NCBI GenBank assembly: GCA_951406725.2
Contig: OX597814.1
Coordinates: 184,016,001-184,080,000, forward strand
Reading direction: 5' to 3'
DNA: 64,000 bases
Source: Octopus vulgaris
Lineage: Eukaryota
How positions within the stretch are numbered: position 1 is the first letter of the stretch; each line of letters opens with the position of its first letter. Below are positions 26,050 to 37,958 of the stretch, in pieces. A program made the translations under genes and the position numbers. The notes beneath the pieces were generated by a model. That model had not been told where the DNA came from, did not search any database, and saw nothing but the letters and a program-made list of their open reading frames with translations.

Positions 26050-26885
26050 GCTCAGAAACAGCGAAATTCCCTTAAAATGACGAAGCCAAGAAGACCTCCA
26101 GAGCAAATTTAAGGAGTGACGAACTTGTACTCATACCCATTACTCTTGGGCGTAGGGTTGTAAAAATAAAAATTGTCGGAGCCAATAAAAATTTGCGGCA
26201 ATCTTCTTCAGTCAGTAGGTGTTCAACTTAGAGAAGAAAACTAATATTCTGCAGGTCCAGAGGTTACAGAAACATGAATGCTCAGGGTCATGGAATGGAG
26301 ATGTTAATCCAAACGAATTGTCATAGCATGGAATCCATCCCAGATCTGATCAGTGTACACAACGGCAGAAAGCGTTACGTCGCCGTTGGGTGCATATGGT
26401 CGACGTGTCACTTGTGTGGTAAAGCGAATCATCCCAGAGCTTTCTCTGTACAGCCAAACGTAGATACGTATACCGTCGCTTCTTTTGACACCATCAAGAC
26501 AATCGCAACAAGACCAGCACCAAACAACAGAAACAACAACATCAATGACAACAACTGTAAAACCAGAACCGCGAAAAAAGTAGTAATAGTTACAACAGCA
26601 ACGACACCAGATGCACCAGATGCAGCACCTACAAGACTGGAAAATGTACTTACAGCAATACGAGCTGGAAATAACAGCAACAAACATAATAGGAAATACT
26701 CTGTATCAAAAAGAGTAGCAACAACATCAGCATATAACTCCCACAATAGCAACAACTATATCAACGACAGAACAATAGCAAAACCTCTGCAAGACAAGCC
26801 TCTCTTCCATTTACGCCTCACAAACATGTCGTGTGGCGTGGGTGATTGTGAGGAACCTATAAGCAACACTATAAAAAGAAAATAA
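26050..26885 (+). pseudogene. Decayed L1/Tx1-like ORF1 with zinc knuckle
   Basis: MESIPDLISVHNGRKRYVAVG...TCHLCGKANH (CX2CX4H) followed by N/T-rich low complexity. Confidence 0.55.
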
Positions 26886-27349
26886 AAGAAATATATACAT
26901 GCCAACCAAAAAAAGCTGGAAGATGTGAACAAATGGAGTAGGTGGCTTTAAGAAACGATGCACCAACACGTCTTCCAACAGTATTATCAACACAACTTTC
27001 CCCATTATTACCACAGATGCTCTCACAAGCACCATCATCATAAGCAAAAGCACAGACGCCAAATACACACAAAACCAAATAAACACTAATGCTAGAAGTC
27101 AGAATTCTCTAATATGAACAAACATGTCATTAACCACACAACCACAAACGCAAGAAAAATCAACAAAAAGCAAAAAAACGCAAGGAATCACGTACAGCAA
27201 AATGCATCACATTAACGAATAACATTAACACACACATAGAAACTATTTAAATATGGCAACAACATACATACAACATTTAAATATATCTCTTCTAAATGTA
27301 CTCATTCGTGAACTACTACTGGAGATGTTGAGGGGCACTCCACGCAAAC

Positions 27350-27497
27350 TAGGATGTTTAGCGGCATTTCGCCCATCTTTATGTTCCGAGTTCAAATTCC
27401 AGTGAGGTCGACTTTGCTTTTCATCCTTTCCGGGTCGATAAAATAAATACTAGTAGAGCAATGGAATCAATGTATTCCCCTTCTCTAAAATTGGTGG
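27350..27497 (+). mobile_element. SINE family A variant interrupted by the foldback element
   Basis: Body match; its tail resumes at 28205 (TCTTGTGCCAA). Confidence 0.75.
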
Positions 27498-28196
27498 GGA
27501 TCTTTACCTTTTGACCTACAGATTTAAAAAATATTTTTTTGTAACTAAACACTTTCAAACTTGGGACACTGGTAGAATGTGTCATATAAAACATCTTTTA
27601 CTTTTAGCATTTTTGAGAAAAACGTATATTTACGAAATTATTTCACGTTAAAGTTCTCGTATTTCGGTAATTTCAACCAATCAATGACACGTATTCAGTT
27701 GAATGAAACTATTGCTGTTGTTTGTCAACAAGAACTTCCGGCGGTGTATATTTCGTTTGTCACTGTTATTGATGACATCGTTCGTGCTTTTGTACTGGTT
27801 TTAAGGTTTTAGGGTTAGAGTGTTAGGGTTAGTGTTTTAGGGTTACCCTAACCCTAAAACACTAACCCTAACACTCTAACCCTAAAACCTTAAAACCAGT
27901 ACAAAAGCACGAACGATGTCATCAATAACAGTGACAAACGAAAAATACACCGCCGATAGTTGTTGTTGACAAACAACAGTAGTAATTTTATTCAGCTGAA
28001 TACACGTCATTGATTGGTTGAAATTACCGAAATACGAAAAATTTAACGTGAAATAACTTCTTAAATATAAGTTTTTCTCAAAATTCCTAAGAGTAAAAGA
28101 TGTTTTATATGACACATTCTACCAGTGTCCAAAGTTTGAAAGTGTTTAGTTAAAGAAAATTATTTTTTAAATTTGTATGTCAAAAGGTAAAAATCC
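27498..28196. mobile_element. 699-bp palindromic (foldback) MITE with 8-bp TSD and a telomere-like centre
   Basis: Arms are reverse complements over nearly the full length; termini GGAT..ATCC; TSD ATTGGTGG at 27490-27497 and 28197-28204; centre of GGGTTA/TAACCC repeats. Confidence 0.93.
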
Positions 28197-28244
28197 ATTG
28201 GTGGTCTTGTGCCAACGTTTGAAGACATTATTTTAATTATCATT

Positions 28245-28685
28245 AAAGCAGAGAGTTGGCAGAATCGTAAGCATGCCTGGCAAATGCTTAGAGGAATTTC
28301 GTTCAGTTTTACGTTGAGATAGATTTCCGCCGTGGTAGACTTTGCCTTTCATCTTTTCGCAGTCGGTAAAATGTGCCAGTTGGGCGCTGTATCGATGTAA
28401 TCGACATACCCTTCTTCAAACTCTTAGGCTTTGTTCCTATAGAAGAAAGGATTATTACACTTACTAAGGTGGCGAACTGGCCGAATCATTAACATATCGG
28501 ACAAAATGGTTAGCGACATTTCGTCCGTCTTTACATTCTGAGTTCAAATTCCGCACAGATCGACTTTGCATTTCATCCTTCGGGGACAATGAAATAGGTA
28601 CAAGTGGAACACTGGAGTCGCTGTCATCGACTCATCCTCTTCCCTCCAAATTTCATGCTTTGTGTCTATAGTAGAAAGGATTATT
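28245..28685 (+). mobile_element. Two diverged SINE family A copies in tandem
   Basis: Heads at ~28250 and ~28468; shared tail CTATAG(A/T)AGAAAGGATTATT. Confidence 0.75.
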
Positions 28686-30199
28686 GTTGTTTTTGTTGTT
28701 GCTGTGGTTAGGGTTGGTCGATTAGCAGAACTGATCAAGTAAATTCGATGAAATACGTACCAGTTAAATATTTAGGCCAATTTAATCGAATAACACCCAA
28801 TCCACATTTGCTGTCTTCTACCTAAATTAGAAACTGTACTATTATTTTTACGGCGAATGGCAAAATAACAGAGTTCGTGACATAGTCTGTTTGAAACATA
28901 TTTTTCCTATCTATCAATTCGTCCATTTTTGTACAATTACACATTCACAGATAAATGCTCTTTACAATTTCAATTACGACCACTATCTTCTCGTTTCTGC
29001 TTGTCTGTTGTACTTTTATATAAGACAATCTTTTCAGGTTTAGATTACAATCTGGCGCCAGCTTGTTTGGCATTGCATGGATCATTGACTTCATATAAAA
29101 GAGAAGAAATCTAGTCTTTAGTTTTTGCAAGAAAAAGTATGGTATCACTATTATGATCGGCGTGTCCAGTAAGGTATCAGTAATAAGTTAACCTGTTTAA
29201 AGTTAGTCGCTACAACATTGGTTTGATACTGACACCTTGTAACAGATTTGATTATGAGATTTGAAAAGAATATTGTTGTAAGCCATTGAAATTCACTGAC
29301 ATTAAAGATAAAGATCTGGCAATATTTCCTCATCATAAAGTTTAAATAGAGAAATATAATACAAATACAGAAGCAAAACATGAAAAGGTACGAGAAAAAA
29401 AATAAAAGAGAAATATGAAAAGCCACATTAGAAAATTACAAAGAAAACAAAAGCTGAAGAGGAAACATAGCATGAGATATATTTGTTTGTTAGAATTGAT
29501 CAAATGGAGAGATAATGAATGAAAGGAAAGAAACTAAAAGTGTGTGTCCTTCTGCAGAAACAATAGATAATTCCACTTCATCACTCACATTACTTCAGGT
29601 CTCAAGTAATCATATCAGTAATGTAATTATTAATGAAAATCAACAATGGTACACACACCAACACGGATACACACAAATTTAAATAAATTTATTATTGAGT
29701 GGGTGTTGTGTTGCATCATGCATCTGTCCTTAGCCCGCCTAGAGTTTATAATGAAATTTGTAAACATAATTATTTAAAATTTGTACACGGTAAAGTTCTG
29801 AGTATATTTTTAAAAAACGAAAACTTTATTCAAAATAGGTGTTCCAGGTTCGAATAGCGAAAATGAAGGCTATTTGTTATTATTTAATATTGTAATCTAT
29901 TCTCTTTTAGGAAATTCAATTTTATCTCTGTAGACTGCCTAAGGACTTTGACTTGGCTTTCTGTTGATGTTCGGCATTTGTTTTCCTTACTGCTCAGGTC
30001 TTTGCTATTATTAATTTCAACATTGAACATGAAAACCTAAAACCAAAGCATTTCCAGTCATCTCCTGTCAGTTTCTAGGTGCAACTAAGAAAATATTATC
30101 TAATGCATTATTTAATTATTTCATGGTCTAGGGATGATGTGAGTCAGATGTGATTGCAATTTCCACGATGTTCAGCGACTCCATAGGTATTTCGTCATT

Positions 30200-30601
30200 G
30201 GATCTTTTCGGTTTGAACGGCAGATTTTAACATAATTTCTAGGTAACTAAAAAATTTTAAACTTCGTATACTGATAGAATGAGTTTATAAAACATCTTTT
30301 TCTCTTTACTTTATTGAGAAAATTCTATACTTTGTAAGATATTTGTTGTTTTTTTCTTCAATTTCTGCAATTTCAACCAATCAAATACGTCTATTGAGGT
30401 AAAAACATTCTGTGCTGTATGAATATGTTTCTCGTTTAAGAAACAGGTTGGGTTTATTTACATTTGTGAAGAAAAAAAAAGATACCCTTCCCCCCACCCC
30501 TAACCCTAAAAGAGATTGAAATGCAATAGGGTCATAATTATGGGTGAAATTTCATATGACACCGCTAGAAAAAAAAACTGCCGTTCAAACCGAAAAGATC
30601 C
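30200..30601. mobile_element. MITE, second copy of the 1949-2361 family
   Basis: TIR GGATCTTTTCGGTTTGAACGGCAG; TSD TCGTCATT at 30192-30199 and 30602-30609. Confidence 0.92.
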
Positions 30602-31261
30602 TCGTCATTCGTTAAACACTGTAAGATTTATTTGAATTACTCAAATTATTAAACACATTACATACCGTTTAAAATCTGGGTAAAGGAATCTATGTTTGTG
30701 TTCAGACTGATACGGCGGGTTAGTATAAAGAAGCACTGTAAAATTGAGTCTAATTCATCAAACTTTAAAAAAAAAATCACGTCTGTGAGAAAACTTCTTG
30801 TGTTATGACAGCTATGACGTGGTAAACAGGACGTATATAAGTTCACCCAAAATTACAGCCGCCCTTGACCTTGTTAGTCAACGCGTGCGTGCATGCAGAC
30901 GTCTTTACGAAAGCAGAACGGACGTACTTTTATTTTTATTAATCTCACAAACACGAATATGTGAAAAATCAATCAATCGATACGTCAAAATCTGAATTTT
31001 AAAAACCAATGACAAGGTCACTAAAACGTACAGCAAATTCGCCTGAACGTACAGCACATCAAAATTTTGGCCAAAACATACAGTTTTTTTTACGAACGTA
31101 CAGTTATTGGAAGCGCTGACCAACAAATGTTTCCTGGTTCTTTGCTCTGAGTACAGCTCAACGCCATGTTACTTTCATATCTCATCCACCAAAACATCTT
31201 CCACGTATTTATTCATCAACTGCGTCTTCTTTCAGTTTGTTAATCTATAAGTGGAGGCTTA

Positions 31262-31697
31262 TATTTCGCCTGTCGTTACGTTCTGAGTTCAAATTCCGCC
31301 GAGGTCGACTTTGCCTTTCATCCTTTCGGAGTCGATAAATTAAGTACCAGTAACGCACTGGGGTCGACATAATCGACTTAATCCGTTTGTCTGTCCTTGC
31401 TTGTCCTCTCTGTGTTTAGCCCCTTGTGGGTAGTAAAAAAATAGGTATTTTGTCTGTCTCTTTAAAGGCGGCGAGTTGGCAGAAACGTTAGCGCGTCGGG
31501 CGAAATACTTAGCGGTATTTCGCCTGTCGTTACGTTCTGAATTCAAATTCCGCCGAGGTCGACTTTGCCTTTCATCCTTTCGGAGTCGATAAATTAAGTA
31601 CCAGTAACGCACTGGGGTCGATATAATCGACTTAATCCGTCTGTCTGTCCTTGTTTGTCCCCTCTGTGTTTAACCCCTTGTGGGTAGTAAAGAAATA
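31262..31697 (+). mobile_element. SINE family A, headless unit followed by a full unit
   Basis: Two near-identical bodies; head GGCGGCGAGTTGGCAGAAACG at ~31467. Confidence 0.85.
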
Positions 31698-31853
31698 TAT
31701 AAGTGTAGGCTTATCTATGTAGCTAAGAAGTTTGTTTCACCACCACGTAATTTTGTATTAAGTCTCGCTACACGACACTTGAGGCAAATGTCATAATATT
31801 CTATTATAACCTCTGGCTAATTAAAATCTTATGAGTAAATTTCATTAAGGAAA

Positions 31854-31901
<48 letters not shown>

Positions 31902-32337
31902 TGTGTGTGTGCAGTTTTGTGACCGCCTCATCACTTGAAAACTACTGTTGGTTTGTTTATGTCTCCCTCTAGCCAGACTTAAAACAAGCTCTTGGATAAA
32001 TTTTTTCGACGAAGCTCCTCTAGGCAGTACCTCAGAATGGCGACATTCCACTGATTGAAACAAATAATACAACAAAAGAATAAATAAGTTTCCAAAAGAG
32101 TAAGGGGTAGCAGGTGGGGTGGCGAAGTTAATATTGAGAAAATATACCTTGCAGTCTATGTTTACTTTCGTTAACATTCTGAGCTGAAGCCATACCAATG
32201 AATGACTAAGACAATATGCTCTGAGCATGAAGTTTCAGACAGAATACAAACTATTAAATAAAGTTATATAAGTGGACATAACAGATTTGTATGCTTGCAT
32301 CACCGAATATCGTGTAGGCCAGATTGCAGTTTTTGTT

Positions 32338-32560
32338 ACTGTTGTTTAGCCCCAGGTCAGCCTTGGTCGAACAGAGCTATGATCAAAGGCATTCCAGCCG
32401 TGAATACCCCGTCTATTTTTTTATGCATAGGACATTCAGGAATATATTATCCAACGTGTTAATTTATAAGGCGGTGGCGTATTGTTTTTCTTTGAAGGGT
32501 AGAGGGTATTCAGCTGCGATTTCTTGCAGGAGTACTACCAAGTATATTGCACACTCATTG
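32338..32560 (+). mobile_element. Old interspersed repeat (diverged relatives near 12.35k, 23.2k, 30.0k and 35.8k)
   Basis: TTTAGCCCCAGGTCAGCC...GATCAAAGGCATTCCAGC...GCTGCGATTTCTTGCAGG; similar blocks seen at the other loci. Confidence 0.5.
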
Positions 32561-33020
32561 GCACACGCACGCAAAGTTGATTGTTACAGTGTGTTACAGG
32601 AAACGATTTGTTTATTATCACTAGTAGGCTGAGTTGAGATTTTGAGATCGTCTTCATTGACTGTTACACATACATACGCACTCACGCACACACGCACACA
32701 CACACAGACACACACATACACACACACGCACATCATTACGTTCTTCTTTACGTTCTGAGTTCAGATTCAGTTGTGGTAGACTTTAGCTTTTATCCCTTTC
32801 GGGGTAGATAAAAGAAATACCAGTTGAGTTGAGTACTAGGGTCAATGGAATCGATTTATCGCTACCCCCGAAATGGCCTTGTGCCAAAATTTGAAAACAT
32901 AAGGCGGCAAGTTGCTAGAATCTTTAGCACACCAGGCAAAATGCTTAGCAGCATTTCGTCTGTCTTTATGTTCTGAGTTTAAATGCTACTGAGGTCGATA
33001 TATATATGTATGTATGTATG

Positions 33021-33088
<68 letters not shown>

Positions 33089-33127
33089 GTGTGTGTGTGT
33101 GTGTGTGTATGTTCCTTTTCTGTGTTC

Positions 33128-33163
33128 CTTTCTGTAGAAGAGCGTAGGCTCGAAACGTTAAAG
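33128..33163 (+). ncRNA. Minimal hammerhead-ribozyme-like motif (variant core CUGUAGA)
   Basis: CTTT-CTGTAGA-A-GAGC gtag GCTC-GAAA-CG-TT-AAAG. Confidence 0.5.
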
Positions 33164-33334
33164 ACTTTGTCACTTAGTGAGCATTATACTAATACATCTG
33201 TATGTTGTCTACATCACCTGTCTTCATCTTTTGTTTTTTGTGAATTTTAGCTATATATATATACGTGACCGCGCGCTTCTCATTGGCGATTTTTTCCCTC
33301 CGTCTTCCCTTCCTTGGATCTTTCCTTTTCCTAT

Positions 33335-33369
33335 GTTTCTGACGAAGAGCTCCGCTCGAAACGTTAAAT
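33335..33369 (+). ncRNA. Minimal type I hammerhead ribozyme (Penelope/retrozyme-type)
   Basis: GTTT-CTGACGA-A-GAGC tcc GCTC-GAAA-CG-TT-AAAT: canonical CUGANGA/GAAA core, stems I and II, palindromic AACGTT stem III. Confidence 0.65.
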
Positions 33370-34144
33370 CCTCCTTCTTTCTTTCCTTTCCTGAGCGTCC
33401 AATAACACTATACTTGTTCCACGTCCTCGTGTTGTTGTGTTTTCTCTTTGTGTTTTCGTGTTTAGATTAACTATATATATATATGTTATACTAATTATCT
33501 TTTTTTAATAATTTTGATATATATTTAAAATAATATAAATTAATTAATCTTATGTATTGGCTTAAGTTTTTCATTGTATGATTTGCCTAATAGTGGTTTT
33601 ATCTCTAATTTAATATAATATAATATTTTACTATAAAATTGGATTCAATCCTAAATCTGGTTTTTCCCTGTAAGTTTGGATTTATTCCCTAATATTTTAT
33701 ATATATATATATATATATACATATATATAAGGAAGGCTTCTTTCAGTTTCCGTCTACCAAACACCAGCAAGATGCTTTGTTCAATCCCGGGCTATAGTAT
33801 AAAACCCTTACAGAAAGTGCCACATTAACAATATCCCATAATATAATGTATCTAAATAACGATAAAAAGATACAGAAACATGTTAACGACACACAGAGTC
33901 AAGTTGCGAACTTTTATGCTACCGATTAATATGCTAAAAATAGCAACCTAACCCGGTTAAATCATTCAATAAGGAAACATTAGTCCATATAGTCTTAGAT
34001 ATAAAAAATAGTTACGAGTAGAATGGAAACACCAATAGACATTGAGTATTTTTGACCGTAGTGTGCACTCAATACAATAAATGCTTGTGAGACCCATCGT
34101 ACGCATACGGATTTTCGCTCAGAAATGGATAAAAAGTGCTGCTG

Positions 34145-34194
<50 letters not shown>

Positions 34195-34266
34195 GTTCAA
34201 ATATACAAAAGAAGGTGAAGGAACAAGTATGTGTTTTACTTTGATACACGAGAAAAATAGAGACGT

Positions 34267-34302
34267 CTTTGACGTTTCGAGCCTACGCTCTTCGACAGAA
34301 AG
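34267..34302 (-). ncRNA. Minimal hammerhead-like motif (core CUGUCGA, GUC site)
   Basis: Minus strand CTTT-CTGTCGA-A-GAGC gtag GCTC-GAAA-CG-TC-AAAG. Confidence 0.55.
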
Positions 34303-34364
34303 GAATGACAAGAAATAAAATGGAGAGAGAGAAAAAAAACATGTCGGGATTGATGGTTCCACAT

Positions 34365-34421
<57 letters not shown>

Positions 34422-34719
34422 CACCACCACCACCACTGCTGCTGCTGATTGTCATGATAATGATGCTAATGGTTTCTAATATTTTCTGCTTGATATTGAT
34501 TTCTAATACGATAACAATGATTTTTAAAAAAAATATATTATATTTTTTTCTAAATAAATGATAATTAAACATATGGAATGAAATAAAAGCAAAAAAAAAA
34601 TCGAAATAATTTTGGAAGCAGCAAAAAATTAAAAAAATACTTGAAAATTTCAAAATGTAATGTACATTAAATGGGAATACCATGCATGATATGCAGCATG
34701 TGTGCAACAGTTAGTTCAA

Positions 34720-34970
34720 ATGTCATTGCAATGAGCAGCTAATATCTTCTGTAATTAATGGCGTTATAATGATTGACAGCAAAATTTTATTGTTAGATAT
34801 ATTTTTATTAAGAAGGATTTTTTCTGAATACATGATTACTCTTTCGAGTTAATCAGGAATTAAAATGCAAATCGGCGGCTGATAAATCATTTAATGATGT
34901 AAATTAAGGGAAATAAATAGTTATTAAATCCCCCCTTTTTTTGTTTATTAATTTGCATATTTTCAATGTT
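34720..34970. promoter_or_regulatory. Candidate developmental enhancer (homeodomain/POU motif cluster)
   Basis: TAATTAATGG; TGATTGACAG (Pbx-Meis) at 34770; ATGCAAAT at 34865; TGATAAATCA at 34880; ATTTGCAT at 34951; all in non-repetitive DNA. Confidence 0.35.
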
Positions 34971-35210
34971 TTATATGCTTCACGTTTCTGCGGACATTAT
35001 AATGTCTTATATAGGCAACCACCCAGGAAAAGGAAAAGCACTTGTTTGTGGGTGAGAGCGTGAAAATTTGGTTAAATGAATACAAATAGTTGATTGGTAC
35101 GCCATGTTTTATTGAGTCTAGCGCGATGAAAGCAGAATTCTGGCCTAGCAGACGGTGAAATGTAAACAGGAGTCAACAACTACAGTAAGCTATATTATAT
35201 GATTGGGGTT

Positions 35211-35410
35211 AAGGCGGTGAGCCTATAGAATCTCTAGCATGCTGGGCAAAATGCCTAGCGACATTTCGTTCGTCTTCACGTGCAAGGGTTCAAATTCCGC
35301 CGGGGTCGACTTTAATAAAATAAGTACCAGATGAGCACTGGGAGTCGATTTAATCGATTAATCCCCTCACCCCGAAATTACTGGCATTGTGCCAAAATAT
35401 GAAACCAATT
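35211..35410 (+). mobile_element. SINE family A variant
   Basis: Head, GGGTTCAAATTCCGCC and TGTGCCAAAAT tail. Confidence 0.7.
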
Positions 35411-35411
35411 A

Positions 35412-35640
35412 CAGGTATGGGCAACCATTTTCAATGAATGGGCCGCATGAGACAAGACTCGTCTCGGGCCGCGCTACTGAAAATATTCAAGGTAATTTAT
35501 CGGTAGGCTTGCGATTCAGAAAGTCACTAGGGCCTCTGATTGTCTCGTATAACCAATCATTTGGCTGCGTACCGATTCTCTCGTATAAATCTTACCCCGA
35601 GAGGTATTTCCAATCACAATTATTATAAGTATAGCCGGGC
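35412..35640 (+). mobile_element. Possible 5' end of a hAT/Charlie-like non-autonomous element
   Basis: Starts CAGGTATGGGCAACC with repeated GGGCCGC; no matching right TIR found. Confidence 0.3.
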
Positions 35641-36064
35641 ACTTTGTTCATTGCTTTAGCGATTCTTTCATCCTATTAATGACTCCAAACATAGATACAT
35701 GACTTTCTACAATCTTTTTTGATCAGGAAGTGACATCATCTAAATATTTCACTGTATGTATTCAGTTAAGTTAAAATGTTTTATATCCTGGTATTGGATA
35801 TATGTTTTTATTTTAAGACAGTAGTGTGTATATTTAAGAGAATTCATCTGCTCTTTGTAGCATGTCAAGCGACTACGTAGAGACAGGTTGGTTCGAAAAC
35901 ATAACATATTTTTGCTGTAGTTGTTGGTATTAACGAATCATACGAATTCCTTGCATTACATGAAAATCTATAAATGAAAATCCTTCAATCAGTAGTATTT
36001 TAAATTTTGGGGGAATACGTTAACTAGTTTCAGATCTTCATTATGTAAAGGGACTTGAATGATG

Positions 36065-36354
36065 GTGGAGGCACATGGCCTAGCGGTTAGAGCAGCGGAC
36101 TCGCGGGTTCGAATCTCAGACCGGGCGATGTGTGTGTTTATGAGCGAAACACCTGAGCTACACGCGGCAACGGCAGAAGGTAAAGGCGAACTTCTGCTGA
36201 CTCTTTCGCCACAACTTTCTCTAACTCTTTCCTCCTACATCTTGCAGCTCACTTGCGACGGACCGGTGTCCCGTCCAGGTGGGGAACCTATACGCGAAGG
36301 AAACCGGGAAACCGGACCTAATGAGCCAGGCATGGCTCGAGAAGGAACAAACAA
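36065..36354 (+). mobile_element. SINE family C with 12-bp TSD
   Basis: TSD ACTTGAATGATG at 36053-36064 and 36355-36366. Confidence 0.9.
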
Positions 36355-36937
36355 ACTTGAATGATGACATGTAAATCCGTGAGAAAAGGTGAAGCTGTAT
36401 GAGAGTCAACAATTGAATGATCTAAAAATGTTCAGTGTGAGGGTCTCTTTTAGAACTTAGTGAGGGAGGGAAAGAATATTCATGATTTAAAAGCTTTCTG
36501 AAGTTACCCTCAACTTAATGGTTGTTACAGAGTAAACTGCGCTAAAAGTAGTTCAATCTAATTAGGTTGTGCTGTTAAATCAGATGATATTTAAAATCTA
36601 ACGCTCGGGAAATTAGGTCTCAAAGAGCTGGAACAAATATACAAGTTATCTCGTCTGAGGCTCTTACAGTTCTGACAGTTCACCATCTAGGACTGGTAGT
36701 TTATTTTATCGATACTGAAAGGATTAAAAATAAAGCTGAGGTCGGTGAGATTTTAATTCGGAACGTAAAGGGATGTAAGAAATCCCGCAAGACAGTTTCT
36801 CCTACTACCTCACGACTATGTTAATTCATTGGCCATAAAGGATTTGGAATGGGGTTATGGGGAACAAGGAACAAAATCAACGGAAGGATGGAAAGAACAT
36901 CACTTCAAATTGAAGATTAGCGAAATATTGGATTCAC

Positions 36938-37356
36938 ATTTTGGCAAGAGGTCAGCAGTTTCGGGGTAGAGGTAAGTCGATTATATTGACCATAATATTC
37001 AAATAGTACTTACTTTATCAAACTCGGAAGGAAGAAAGGCAAAGCTGACTTCTGCGGAATTTGAACTCAGAACGTAAAGATAGACGAAATGCCACTATAC
37101 ATTTTTCCCGGCGTACTAAAGATTCTGTCAGCTCACTGACTTCAGAAGGATTTGCATATTTGCTTCAAATTTAGGCACAAGGCCAGCAGTTTTATAGGAA
37201 GGAGGATGTCGATCACATCGACACCAGTCTTCGACTGGTACTTATTTTACCGACTCTGAAAGGATGAAAGGCAAAGTCGACCTCAATGGAATTCGAACTC
37301 TGAACACAAAGTCAGAGAAAATGTTGCTAAGTATTTTAGTCAGCGCGCTAACGATT
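36938..37356 (-). mobile_element. Two SINE family A variant copies
   Basis: GGAAGAAAGGCAAAG / GGATGAAAGGCAAAGTCGAC bodies. Confidence 0.75.
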
Positions 37357-37357
37357 C

Positions 37358-37958
37358 TTATTTCTTTATTGCCCACAAGGGGCTAAACATGGAGGGGACA
37401 AACAAGAACAGAAAAAGGGACTAAGTCGATTACATTGACCCCAGTGCGTAAGTGGTACTTAATTTATCGACCCTGAGAGGAGGAAAGGCACAGTCGACAT
37501 CGGCGGAATTTGAACTCAGAACGTAACGGCAGACGAAATACCTATTTTTTTACTACAAACAAGGGGCTAAACACAGAGAGGACAAACAAGGACAGCCGAA
37601 CGGATTAAGTCGATTATATCGACCCCAGTACGTAACTGGTACTAATTTAATCGACTCCGAATGGATGAAAGGCAAAGTCGACCTTGGCGGAATTTGAACT
37701 CAGAACGTAGCGGTAGACGAAATACCCATTTCTTTACTGCACACAAGGGGCTAAACACATAGAGGAGAAACATGGACAGACAAACAGATTAAGTCGATTA
37801 TATCGACTCCAGTGCGTAACTGGTACTTAATTTATCGACCTGAAAGGATGAAAAGCAAAGTTGACCACGGCGGAACTTGAACTCAGAACGTAGCGGCAGA
37901 CGAAATACGGCTACGCATTTCGTCCGGCGTGCTAACGTTTCTGCCGGATCACTGCCTT
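37358..37958 (-). mobile_element. SINE family A trimer (three ~183-bp units, one head)
   Basis: Units begin at ~37359, ~37539 and ~37722; head ends at ~37957. Confidence 0.9.

Noticed and set aside
27810-27890. True telomere or chromosome fusion site
   Set aside because: Short degenerate repeats inside a TSD-flanked transposon
27579-28115. Two near-identical 77-aa ORFs on opposite strands
   Set aside because: A by-product of the palindromic MITE; no protein motif
37358-37958. Regularly spaced repeats suggesting a CRISPR-like array
   Set aside because: Whole units repeat with no unique spacers; eukaryotic SINE multimer and no cas genes
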